This document shows, piece after piece, positions 1 through 11,824 of a stretch of 21,013 bases of DNA. Position numbers and translations under genes: made by a program. The stretch covers positions 1 to 21,013 of the forward strand of contig NW_021824406.1 of NCBI RefSeq assembly GCF_006345805.1, read 5' to 3'. The stretch is from Octopus sinensis. Lineage: Eukaryota. Position 1 is the first letter of the stretch. The number at the start of each line of letters is the position of its first letter. The notes beneath the pieces are model-generated. The model did no database searches. It was not told the origin of the DNA and was given only the letters and a program-made list of their open reading frames with translations.

Positions 1-429
1 CACATATTACATGTACATCTTATATATATTACATCTACACATAAAATGCAAAATACAAAGTTATATCTTGATATCGCTAGTGATAACAATACTCAAAATT
101 ATAACAGACTGGAATTGTTAGCTCTTCTTTTTTCTCTACATTGTATACTTTATAGACAATAATCTTTTCTTTGATTTAATTTTTTATTATCCATCTGGAC
201 TATTCCATTTCTGCATGCTAATTTTATTTTTAATTTATTCCCATTCATGTGAAACCACTTATTCAATACCAATTGCTATTTTTACTTTTGTATGTTACGA
301 TCATATTATACTTTAGTTTGATTTTAATTATTACTTACTACATATAATTAATTGTTATTATTATTTTTATTGTTAAAATGAAAGCATCTGACATAAAATA
401 GAGAAATATTTTTGTTTCACTTTTAACAC

Positions 430-649
430 GTAATACTGAAATAGTGGAGAAGATATGATATTGCTATGGGCTCGCTCTAGGCAAGAAGTTGAACATTTTT
501 TTTTTTGCCCATGAAACTACATGGACCCTAAGTAAGGCATGTGTAAAATTTGAATGAAATTGGTTGTGTAGTTCTCAAGTTTTAGGGAAACACACAGACA
601 GACAGACAGACACAACCACAACACACATTCTCAGTTTTATATATAAAGA
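430..649 (-). mobile_element. 5' portion of a non-autonomous Helitron-like element (3' end not identified; left boundary approximate)
   Basis: The minus strand starts A|TCTTTATATATAAAA followed by a GT/GTCT microsatellite tract. This is the same 5' terminus as the complete Helitron at 15835. No hairpin+CTAG 3' end was found. Confidence 0.6.
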
Positions 650-697
650 TATATATATATAGATATATATATATATAGATATAACATTATATTTTTA

Positions 698-741
<44 letters not shown>

Positions 742-769
742 TCATATTAATATTATTAGTATATATATA

Positions 770-801
<32 letters not shown>

Positions 802-853
802 CATGCGTGCGTGTGTGCTGTCTAAGTACACATATAAGCGTGTATATGTGTGT

Positions 854-874
854 ATAGATAGATAGATAGATAGG

Positions 875-955
<81 letters not shown>
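854..955. repeat. (GATA)n microsatellite
   Basis: Near-perfect GATA run seen directly. Confidence 0.97.
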
Positions 956-967
956 GTATTCTACAAT

Positions 968-1010
968 CCCTCAAATTCTAGGCCTTGTTCTTATGGTAGA
1001 AAGAATTATT
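968..1010 (+). mobile_element. SINE 3' tail fragment (family B-related)
   Basis: 'ctcaaattctaggccttgttc' resembles the tail of the SINE at 20552-20718 ('ccgaaattgctagccttgtacc'). Confidence 0.45.
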
Positions 1011-2300
1011 AATTACATAAACACATCTATTTGACGAATTGCCGATCCCTAGGGCATAAAATTTTTCAGGTTTCGAAATAAAGAAATATTCAATGTTACT
1101 TAATATCTTCACTGTTTTCCCTCTAAATAATGTTGTGATGATCTGAAAAGATGATTGTCAGATGGACTAAAGTCAGGAAAGTAAGGAAGATGAGGCAAAA
1201 ATATCCATATATTAGTGCCATAATCTTTATTACCATATTGGTATTACCCTACCAATATGGTCTTACTTCAAATTCAGTTAAATGAAAAACTGGTAAGTTC
1301 ACAGATTTTTGGAGTTCTTTTAAAATTTGAATTTTCAACTGATAGCATATAACAAATCTTCATCCAAACCAGATCCCAATGCTGGATGTTCAAGAACCAA
1401 ATGAAGGGCAGATTTGCAATCTTGGGATTATCCTGATTCCAAAAAGGTGTAATATGTCTATGAAGAGCAAGTGTAGAATGAGGTACAAGCGCCCCAGACG
1501 GACAGACAGAATTTCGCGTTTATTATTACAGAAAAGCAACGCCACTTTACGACTGACCAATGATGAGCCTTCTTTCTGCCAATTTTTGTGCGATTCTTCC
1601 ACTTGACAACAACTCCGCATGATCTGTGTTTGTTTTGATTTAACACTTCATGATAGATGACACACTTCGTGTCCCCAAGCGCATAATATTTTTCGGGTGT
1701 TGTCTTGGTGTGTAGATGAGTCTCCTTTTTCGCTGGTTGCTAACCATTATCGTTTTCGTTATGATTATAGGGAACCCACTTTGCATCATTTATGATGAAT
1801 CTACCTAGGAAAGGTTCGATAACGCGTCTACTTGTCGACGACGAGCAGATGGTAACCCTTTGATTAAGCTAAGAACCGGTCAGATGATATGGTATCAACT
1901 AACGAAGTTTAGACACTTTTTCTCGTTCGTGAAGGGGTTTTATGATCCAAGTGCAACTTGCATTGAACTGTTTTGCTAATTCTTGTGCAGTTTGCTTTGG
2001 ACTTTTCTCAACAACTGTTTCCAGAAAATCAATATTGATAGAACTCGGTCGTCCTGATGCAGAGGAATCTGTGAAAGGAAATACATCCCGATCGAAAATA
2101 ACCAAACTGTTGTTGGAATATCCGGGCATTTAAAGCTTCATCTCCACAGACAGAGCGAATGCCTCTTTTCATTTCTGTAGCAGAAGATTCCATTTTGAAT
2201 ACAGACAACATGCAGAGTCTATATAGGGGTCTGAGCTAAAGTCATTTTAAAAAGATGAAATCGATTCGTGTTTAACCGCCATGGCACGAAGTAACCTGTA
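1010..2300 (-). pseudogene. Decayed mariner (Tc1/mariner, DD34D-type) transposase with stops and frameshifts, interrupted at 1264-1514
   Basis: Minus-strand translation gives mariner motifs in order: MLSVFKMESSATE..SVCGDEALNAR..FRSG; SGRPSSINIDFLETVVEKSPKQTAQELA; KVSKL(R*)LIPYHL (WVPHEL-like); RVTICSS..EPFLGRFIINDAKWV (GDEKW-like); DTKCVIYHEVL; SLVSRKVALL..NA|RPY (HDNARPH-like); PHLPYFPDFSPSDNHLFRS (PHPPYSPDLAPSDYHLFRS-like). Putative ATG at 2245. No paired TIRs found. Confidence 0.92.
1264..1514. repeat. ~250-bp dispersed-repeat insert inside the mariner relic
   Basis: Removing it restores atatggtct+cgcgtt (minus strand AAC GCG AGA CCA TAT, N-A-R-P-Y). The core is homologous to ~6625-6725 in the opposite orientation. 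Confidence 0.75.
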
Positions 2301-2319
2301 AAGAAAGATCTCACCGTAA

Positions 2320-2600
2320 GGTGGTGGTGGTGGTTGGTGGTGGTGGTAGTTGTAGTTGTAGTAGTAGCAGCAGCAGCAGCATTACCAGTAATGGTAGTGG
2401 TGATGGGGGGGTTGTCGTCGTGGGGTAGGAGGAGGGGGAGAGAAGGGGGTGGGGAAGAGAAGGAGGGGGGGGAGAGAAGGAGGAGGGGAGAAGTAAAGGA
2501 GGAGAAGGGAGAGGATATGGAAGAAGAGAAGCCGCAGCAGGTTTGAGGAGAGGGAGTGAGCAAGATAGGAATGGGAGCAGCAGTAGCATCTACAGTAGAG

Positions 2601-2650
<50 letters not shown>

Positions 2651-2760
2651 GGTGGTGGTGGTGGTGGTGGTGGTGGTGGTGGTGGTGGTGGTCGTGTTGG
2701 TAGTGAAACAAGGTGGAGGGAGGTGGAAAGGGATGGGCAGTGCTGCAATAAATAGCGTTA
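2320..2760. repeat. G-rich low-complexity block: (GGT)n/(GTA)n/(GCA)n plus polypurine tract
   Basis: Compound trinucleotide repeats seen directly; source of the poly-T/V/H/G ORFs. Confidence 0.9.
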
Positions 2761-2891
2761 ATGCTTTTTCAAAAGTGCCATTAGAAGAAATGCAAATGAG
2801 ATGAAAGTATGTTTTAAGCACGGATCGAAACTGGCTCGCCGAGTCGGAGCCACCAAAAGGTTATCGCCATTTTCTCTACAAAGCATGGCGC

Positions 2892-2908
2892 TCGCCACCC
2901 GCTGGCGC
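2892..2908 (-). promoter_or_regulatory. CTCF-like motif in a small CpG-rich patch
   Basis: The minus strand reads GCGCCAGCGGGTGGCGA, about 12/14 to the CCASYAGRKGGCRS core. Motif match only. Confidence 0.3.
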
Positions 2909-3412
2909 ATTGTTACAGACAATGTTACACACAAATATCAGTAGAATTACATAGCCAAACACACACACACACATATTTATGAATGTATATGATTATATAT
3001 ATAGATATATATACCAATAGATGTACGTATATGTGTGTGTGTGTGTGTGTGTGCATCATATATATAGATATACATATATATAGAGAGAGAAGGAGACAGA
3101 TGTATGTACATATATTTATAATATATTTTATATAAATTGATATATATGTTTGTATATATATAATTATATATTTATATATGTATATGTATATATGTATATA
3201 TCTATATATATGTATATACATGTGTGTATATACATACACACCTATATAAATACACACACGCAAACATACATGCATACATATATATATATATATATATATC
3301 ATCATCATTGTTATTATCATAAAAATATATATATGTATGTATGTATATTTGATGTCATCTACATACATCTATCGCTGTGGGACATTAAGAATGTTGGATA
3401 TATACACGCATA

Positions 3413-4131
3413 TGTGTGTGTGTGTAGGGGGTGCATGTTTATGTGTGTATATGCATATATACACACACCCTTCTAAACACTATAACATACTATAGAATGC
3501 GGATCGATTATTTCCAGATATCTGAGGCACATTGATTAATGCATCTCACGAGTGTATATATCCCTAAACACACATACATACATAGATACGACACATATAT
3601 ATTGACACATATGCACTCACTCACGCACACACACATTTTCATACCTTTCTTATATGTATATTCGTATGCATATGTGTGTGTGTGTGTGTGTGTGTGTGAA
3701 CTCATATATATACATGATATATATAAGTATGCTTGTATATATTCATATATATACACATATATATATATGCATGGACTGGCACAAAAATACAGAAATAAGT
3801 CAAATGTACACAAATTCCAGCAATGACACACACAACACACACACGCACCACACATACAAAACACACGCACATACACACACACAGATTTACAGTCAGCATA
3901 TCTGACCAAATGAACAATGTTTTTGGCAAGCCCACAATCCAATTTCACTCGATAAGCACTGGAACAAATAAGTTCATAATAATGATAATAATAATATAAT
4001 AATGATAATACTATAATGATAATAATATAATAATAATAATAATAATAATAAATAATAATAATAATATAATAATGATAATGATATAATAATAATAATAATA
4101 ATATAATAATAATGATAATAATATAATGATA

Positions 4132-4185
<54 letters not shown>

Positions 4186-4297
4186 CAACAACAACAACAA
4201 TAATAATAATAACAGTAGTAGTGGTACAGAAATAATAATAATAATAATAATAATAACAACACAAAACAATAATAATAATGATAATAATGATAATGAA

Positions 4298-4332
<35 letters not shown>

Positions 4333-5187
4333 CTAATATAATAATAATAATAATAGTTAAGAACCCGCCCAGACACTTTGCTTGCCATAGGGCACTATGC
4401 CCACACGTCTGTGGTGTTCTAAGTATCTGCGTGATATATGTATGTATAGATGGATGCATGGCACCATGTGTGTGTGTGAGTGTGTGTGTGGTGTGTGTGT
4501 TGTGTGTGTGTGTGTGTAGGGGGTGCATGTTTATTTTGTATGTGCATCATATCACACACACCCTTCTAAACACTATAACATACTATAGAATGCGGATCGA
4601 TTATTTCCCGATATCTGAGGCACATTGATTAATGCATCTCTCACGAGTGTATATATCCCTAACACACATACATACATAGATACGACACATATATATTGAC
4701 ACATATGCACTTCACTCACGCCACACACATTTTCATACCTTTCTTATATGTATATTCGTATGCATATGTGTGTGTGTGTGTGTGTGTGTGTGAACTCATA
4801 TATATACATGATATATATAAGTATGCTTGTATATATTCATATATATACACATATATATATATATGCATGGACTGGCACAAAAATACAGAAATAAGTCAAA
4901 TGTACACAAATTCCAGCAATGACACACACACACACACACGCACACACACATACAAAACACACGCACATACACACACACAGATTTACAGTCAGCATATCTG
5001 ACCAAATGAACAATTTTTTTTGCCAAGCCCACAACCCAATTCACTCGATAAGCACTGGAACAAAATAACAGTTTCATAATAATAATATAATAATAATAAT
5101 AATGATATAATAATAATGATAATAATTAATAATATAATAATAATAATAATAATATAATAATAATAATAATGATAATAATATATAATA

Positions 5188-5220
<33 letters not shown>

Positions 5221-5233
5221 TATAATAATAATG

Positions 5234-5265
<32 letters not shown>

Positions 5266-5506
5266 TAATAATAATAATATAATAACAACAACAACAACAC
5301 AACAACACAACAATAATATAATAACAGTAGGGTAACAGAATAATAATAATAATAATAATAATAACAACAACAACAACAATAATAATAATGATAATAATGA
5401 TAATGAAAAGAATATAATATAAAATAATAATAATAATAAAATAAATAATAACTACAATAATAATAATAATAATAATAATGATATAATGATAATGAAAATA
5501 ATAATA

Positions 5507-5559
<53 letters not shown>

Positions 5560-5680
5560 GCTAAGAACCACGCCCAGACACTTTGCTTGCCATAGGGCAC
5601 TATGCCCACACGTCTGTGCGTGTTTCTAAGTATCTGCGTGATATATGTATGTATAGATGGATGCATGGCACCATGTGTGT

Positions 5681-5734
<54 letters not shown>
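3413..5734. repeat. Tandem duplication of a ~1.1-1.2 kb microsatellite-rich unit (~3413-4516 and ~4517-5734)
   Basis: Unique anchors recur in the same order (tagggggtgcatg at 3425 and 4517; gaatgcggatcgattattt; gatttacagtcagcatatctgacc; cagacactttgcttgccatagggcactatgccc). The units are bounded by (GT)n runs and contain (AAT)n arrays. Confidence 0.93.
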
Positions 5735-5736
<2 letters not shown>

Positions 5737-6052
5737 CCACCCGCTTCTCGGTGAAGAATAAAACATTTAAAGATCAAACCGTTATTAGTTTTGTGTCAGT
5801 AGAATATCGTCTACTGGAAGCGTGGCCCAAGAGGTAGCAGAATGTAATAATAAATTGTAAATTATACATACATACATATATACATATGTACATATATATA
5901 ATATATATATACATATATATAATATATATATATATAGATATATATATATATATATTATATATACACACACACATATATATATATATATATAACATATTAT
6001 ACATATTATATACATACATATATATATATATACATGCATATATATAATATAG

Positions 6053-6090
<38 letters not shown>

Positions 6091-6171
6091 GAGAGACATA
6101 CAAATATATATACCTATGTATATATATATAGCAAATATATATATACGTAGATATACGTATATATATGTGTG

Positions 6172-6203
<32 letters not shown>

Positions 6204-6249
6204 CGTGTGTGCGTACAGAAAATGCAAATACATAATATATCATATATAA

Positions 6250-6318
6250 TAGATAGATAGACAGATAGCCAGACAGACGGAAGGACAGACAGACAGATAG
6301 ACAGATAGACAGACAGAC

Positions 6319-6398
<80 letters not shown>
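6250..6398. repeat. (GATA)n/(GACA)n microsatellite
   Basis: Seen directly. Confidence 0.97.
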
Positions 6399-6624
6399 TC
6401 ACGCGCATACACATACGTTTATATCGATGATGATGGTCATGATCATCATCGTCATTATCATCATCATCACCATTATTGTTATCATAAAAATATTTAGCAT
6501 TAACTATATATTTATAAATGCATGTATATGTGTATGCTTGTGTGCGTGTGTGTTTGTACGTATGTGTGCGTATACATGTGTATGTTTACATGTATATACG
6601 GAAATACATCTTTAAACCTTTACT

Positions 6625-6910
6625 TGTTTCCGTCATAGACATATTATACCTTTTTGAAATCAAGATGATCCCGGGATTGAAACTCCGCTCTTCATTTGGC
6701 TCTGGAGCATCCATCATTGGGGTCTCATTTATAAGCATCTGGGTCGCTATTTTTCTTGCAGGCAAAGCTTGATCGATTCACGCCATCCTGATTGGCGTGG
6801 GTCAGATGACTTTTGAGATCAAGGGAGAGATAAATGACATTCACTTCGTTAATTTTACGTCGTGATAAGGACTTTGGGGCAAATTGCTCAACAGTTAAAA
6901 TTCAAATTAG
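6625..6910. repeat. Second, inverted copy of the repeat that interrupts the mariner
   Basis: 6650-6723 aligns without gaps to the reverse complement of 1373-1446 (60/74 identical). A further match 'cagtt(g)aaaattcaaatt' lies near 6892-6909. Confidence 0.75.
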
Positions 6911-7025
6911 GACTGGAACAGTAGAATGATTGCATTACAAAATTAATTCTCGTTCGCAATTTAAAAACCAAAGGTACAAGTACAATCGTCACTAAAGTGA
7001 CTAAGGATGCAAATCAGCACCAGCA

Positions 7026-7160
7026 TTGCTAGAAATAAGAGTCAAAACAACGCTTAGCCACGGACAAAGCAGTTATCCATGTAGAAAAGTTGTCTCCTTT
7101 GTCAGTCAGCAGAAATGTGTTTTGCCCGTGGCAAAGTTGTTTGACTGTTATTTCTAGCAA
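7026..7160. repeat. Imperfect inverted repeat (~40-bp arms, ~50-bp spacer), MITE/hairpin-like
   Basis: ttgctagaaataagagtcaaaacaacgcttagccacggacaaa (7026-7068) versus the reverse complement of 7121-7160, ttgctagaaataacagtcaaacaactttgccacgggcaaa. Confidence 0.8.
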
Positions 7161-7419
7161 AGCTGCTGCTCATTTACACATTTAGTCACTTTTCTTTTAA
7201 TTTTTCCAAAATTTAATTGTTTGCCATACTTACAGTTCAAAAAGTCTAAATGACTGAAACCGGTGCTGAAATGTTTTTATAAATTATTTTAGCATTTTCT
7301 ACCTTGACTTTTTTTCCATTTATATATATATGCATGTATGTATGTATGTATGTATGTATGTATGTATGTATGTATGTATGTATGTATAGTATGTATTATG
7401 TATGTATGTATGTATTATG

Positions 7420-7496
<77 letters not shown>

Positions 7497-8125
7497 ATAA
7501 CCCCTAGACTATTATGTATGGGGCGTAGTTGTTACAGGGGTCAGTTAATACGGCCATAACATCGCACAACCTCTCAAGTCCGCCATAGGCAGTACTGTGT
7601 CCAAAAGTCGATATAGACCATCTAATTGGAACCTGTCAACACTTCGATTCCTATATTGAGCCAGACATTGACGCTAACGGTAGATTCATTGGATGGGTCT
7701 GATAAAAGGATTCTCGAGATTATTTGCAGAAATACATGTTTTCAAATACATCTTTTCTTTAATGAGCTACACGACTTTTCATACAAATGACCTCAAAAAA
7801 TTGATGCACCGTGTACCTATATATATATATATATATATATATAAAGACGATAAGAAATGGAGCAATAAGTAACAGTGAGAAGTGGATCATTGGTGTTATA
7901 AAGTCATTATGTAATTAAATTTCTTACCGTTTTTATATACATTAAACCACGGTTTTACCCTTTAAATTACCTACTACTGTATACCTTATAACATGGACCA
8001 TACATACGAAGGTAATACCAGGAGCGCCTATGGATACGTCTATCCCTTAGAAGGTTACATTACCTTCTCCATACACCTTCTCTATAGACACATACATACA
8101 TTTATATGCAGGAAATACACGCATA

Positions 8126-8161
<36 letters not shown>

Positions 8162-8502
8162 TGTATGTATGTTGCATGTGTGCGTGTGTAAGTGTGTGTG
8201 TGTGTGTAAGTGTGGGTGGGTGTGGGTGTGTGTACATAAGTGTGTAGTAGCTTTCACTATATATATGTGTGTGTAAACGTATATATATATATATATAGAT
8301 AGATAGATAGATAGATAGATACGTGGCACACATTATATACGCACATAATATACATACATTACATTCATAGATTACGTACATACATACACGCACACACACA
8401 TCTACAATAAAATCTGGCGATAAAAAAGCCTCAATGAAAATTTATATAGATCGGATATGTTATAAATTATAGATAACAAAGTGTTTGTTGAAATAATAAC
8501 AC

Positions 8503-8579
<77 letters not shown>

Positions 8580-8779
8580 TATGGTTTTTAAAGTCGTGTA
8601 AACTATTATCCATGTGAAGTCAGACTGTATTAATTCTCCAGGGCGGAGTTTCTTTATCCAACGGCGTCACAAATCCAAAAAAATCACCTTCCAGGGGCCG
8701 GACCGTTTATTGTGAAAGAAACACAATGAAGGAAGCTACAAAACTTTGAAGGTTAACATGTGGAGTTTTTGAACGGCAA

Positions 8780-8899
8780 AGGTTGGTTGGGGTGGTGGGG
8801 GTGGTCGGATGGGATAGGATGGGATGGGTGAGAAAAAATCCCTCCCTCGTGGGGTGCGGGGGGAAATATTAGGTGAGGAGGGGGGAGGTATGAGATTGG

Positions 8900-8941
<42 letters not shown>

Positions 8942-9185
8942 GGTGGTGGTGGTGGTGTGGCGGTGGTAGTTTTGTGGTGGTATGATGGTGGTACTGGTAG
9001 TGTGGTGATAGTAATAGTAGTAGCTGTAGCAAAAGGTGGGATATTGGAGGGAAAATGGTAGGGTGATCTGAGGTGTATTTGTAATATGGCGGTAGCGGTG
9101 TTTGTTGTTGATGTGTGGTCGCGGAGGCGGCGGCGGTGACTGATGGTGGTGACGGCAGTTGTGGTGTTGGTGGTGGTTGCCATTG
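8780..9185. repeat. G-rich low-complexity block with (GTA)n(GTG)n
   Basis: Compound trinucleotide and G-run repeats seen directly. Confidence 0.9.
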
Positions 9186-9255
9186 TTCATCCCCAGGTCA
9201 ACTCTAATATAGCCGATCTGTGATCAAAAGTCTCTCTGCCACGGCCATCCCGCTA
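9183..9255 (+). repeat. Short dispersed repeat; related fragments at ~10953-10975 (minus) and ~20769-20822 (plus)
   Basis: Shared 'ccccaggtcaac' / 'ttgttcat(t)cccca' motifs, each next to a (GTT)/(GGT)-type microsatellite. Confidence 0.45.
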
Positions 9256-9434
9256 GACACTATACAATCCAACATATCATTCCGAAAACTCGAAACACTT
9301 ATGAGGTTACTCTGGCTGTTAGAAGTAGCAGTCAAATCTCCTTCCAAATCACTCCTAAAGTCTTAGCTAAAAGAGAAGGGTCACATTTTTCAATAAGGTG
9401 TCATTTCTCTACCACAAAATCAAAGAACGATTTA

Positions 9435-9600
9435 TTCTTTTATTTGTTTCAGTCATTTTGTCTGCGGCCATGCTGGAGCACCGCCTTTAGTCGAACAAAT
9501 CGACCCCATGACCTATTCTTTGTAAGCCTAGTACTTATTCTATCGGTCTCTTGCCGAACCGCTAAGTTACGGGGACAAACACAGACACACAAACACACAC

Positions 9601-9633
<33 letters not shown>

Positions 9634-9760
9634 CGACGAGCTTTTTTCAGTTTCCGTCTACCAAATCCACTCACAAGGCTTTAATCGGCCCGAGGCTATA
9701 GTAGAAGATACTTGCCCCAGGTGCCACGCAAGCTACTTACCACACAGCTACTCCTGCGCC
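9435..9760 (-). mobile_element. tRNA-derived CORE-like SINE (family A), internally deleted
   Basis: The reverse complement matches 12732-13126: head ggcgcaggagtagctgtgtgg, core gcacctggggcaagt, tail ggcggtgctccagcatggccgcag. Confidence 0.92.
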
Positions 9761-9809
9761 TATTCTAGATAGTTTCTTTAACAAATGTTATATTCTTGTC
9801 TCAGAATTT

Positions 9810-9965
9810 TCAATGACGTAGCACATCGTCAAACATTTCCCGTCGCCTCACATTCATTGTATCCCATATCTTTGTTTGCAGCATTTCCATGATTTCGTTC
9901 ATGATGTCACATCAAAAGATTCTTAGACTTATTCTAAGGCAACATCTATAGAATGGAAGACATCC
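9810..9965 (-). mobile_element. RTE-like LINE ORF remnant (post-RT region)
   Basis: Translates PFYRCCLRISLRIF*CD..MNE...RRREMFDDVLRH, resembling the RTE pattern FHRRCLRRILRIxWxDHITNEE...RRLRxFGHVLR. Confidence 0.7.
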
Positions 9966-10194
9966 ATAGTTCTGTAGATTCTACAACGCCCCACAGACAT
10001 AAAGTCAGCGTCGGCGAGACGATGAATGTATGGGAGAAGTTTAGAGTTTGGGTTTAAAGAATACTAAGTGGTTCTCGTTTCTTTATTTCTAGTGTATTCC
10101 TTACAAAACACCACTTTGTCGGTAAGAATGGAAGCGCAGAAAGTGATGCAAAGAAAAGGCTTACCAAAAACTGAATCCAAACCTGAATGATCCA

Positions 10195-10650
10195 ACATCT
10201 TCTTCAACCAAAGCACCAAACTTCTCCTGTATAGATCCACTGTATTACCAATGGCGATTTATGTCTTTGAGACGTGATAAAAGATTAGTAAAATCTATAG
10301 AACTGCAGATAAGTTCCGTTCTACAAACTTTGCCTTAGAATCAGTCTAAGAATTTCTTGGTGCGAACACGTCGGTAAAGATGGAAATTCCAAAACTGATG
10401 TCGAGAAGAGACTTTTAAAAAACTGTTGCCATCTTCCAGCGTCTGAAGCCTTTTTGGCCTAAATTTGTCTTCAACCAAAGCACCAAATTATTCCTGTGTA
10501 GATCCATCTTGATGCTGATCCTGATTTATGACTGACCCGGGTAAAAGACTTACAGAATGTACAGGACTACAGATATCCTCCATTCTATAGACGTTGGTTT
10601 AGACTCATTCCAACAATTTTTTTGATGTGACCACATCACGAATGAAAAAG
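10195..10650 (+). mobile_element. Two tandem RTE-like LINE ORF remnants (~10195-10372 and ~10373-10650)
   Basis: Copy 1: STKLLLYRSTVLPMAIYVFET* ... FYKLCLRISLRISWCEHV. Copy 2: DGNSKTDVEKRLLK..TVAIFQRLKPFW..STKLFLCRSILMLILIY..FYRRWFRL..CDHITNE. Confidence 0.78.
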
Positions 10651-10978
10651 AGAACATTCGATTATTCGACCCAAGTATATGACTGCTATTCTATCTTTAT
10701 AGACCTTGGAGGGATAAAAGGCAAATTTGACAATGGCCTCATTAGAATTCATTAAAATAAATTAAATTAATAGCAAATAGTGCATGTTTGTTGTCTGTTC
10801 GAAGGTATCCGGCCATTTTACATTACATTACTTTCACAGGGTACCCCAAAACTGCTGACATGATGGAGGAGTACGCTGGAAGGAGAAGCCTGAGAATATC
10901 TGGTCTATAAGTCTTTGAAAAATACTTTGGGAAGTGTGTTCGGAATGGTTACAGTTGACCTGGGGCTAAACAACAACA

Positions 10979-11022
<44 letters not shown>

Positions 11023-11555
11023 CTGTACATCATCATCATCATCATCATCATCATCACCACAGTCACCAGCGCAAACAACTATAACAACTACTATCAATCA
11101 AACCCAAACTGCATTTTCTTTTATCTCTCCCCAAACCCCTGACACCCCATCCCCACTCACATTTCTACCACAATGACCATCACTACAGCCACCACCACCA
11201 CCACCACCACCATCACAATCACCACCACAACCTCCAGCACCATAGCCGTCATCACAACAACAACTTACATTTAGTCCACCATTGTATTTCTGAAAATGTC
11301 AACCATTGTTTACGGGGATGAAAAAGAAATAAATGTATTATATATAAATTAACAGAACAAAAATGTTGATGATCATGATGGCAGTGCTTCTGTATCGTTA
11401 TCATTATTATTATTATTACCATCGTTGATGCATTATTACTATTTCTCCTCCCATTTGTCGACCATTTCATTGATATCATCATCGATTAGATGATTATATA
11501 TGAGTATGTGTATGTGTGTGTAAGTATGTGCATACACACACACACATAAACTCCT

Positions 11556-11586
<31 letters not shown>

Positions 11587-11619
11587 GGACAAATATATAT
11601 ATTTATAGACATACACAAG

Positions 11620-11650
<31 letters not shown>

Positions 11651-11788
11651 GTATGTATGTATGCATGTTAGTGAGTGCGTTTGTGTGAGTGTGTGTGTTG
11701 TGTGTGTATGTATGTTGTGTTTGTGTGTGTTGCGTGTGTGTGTGTGTTCTGTGTGTGTGTGTGTGTGTGTTTGTGTGTTGTGTGTGTG

Positions 11789-11824
<36 letters not shown>

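Noticed and set aside
1373-1446. Selenoprotein or mitochondrial-code reading of the shared in-frame TGA
   Set aside because: A shared TAA follows shortly, no SECIS or mitochondrial gene similarity was recognised, and one copy is an insert inside a dead transposon.
960-2310. Intact mariner with terminal inverted repeats
   Set aside because: There are multiple stops and frameshifts, an internal insertion and no recognisable paired TIRs.
3413-5734. CRISPR-like repeat/spacer appearance
   Set aside because: This is a two-unit kilobase duplication plus microsatellites. There are no regularly spaced repeats with unique spacers and no cas genes.
2219-9190. Long ORFs with poly-T/V/H/I/Y/L or alternating dipeptides (e.g. 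2219-2821, 3508-4269, 4989-5777, 5774-6414, 8753-9190)
   Set aside because: They are translations of stop-free microsatellites, open in several frames and strands, with no domain content.
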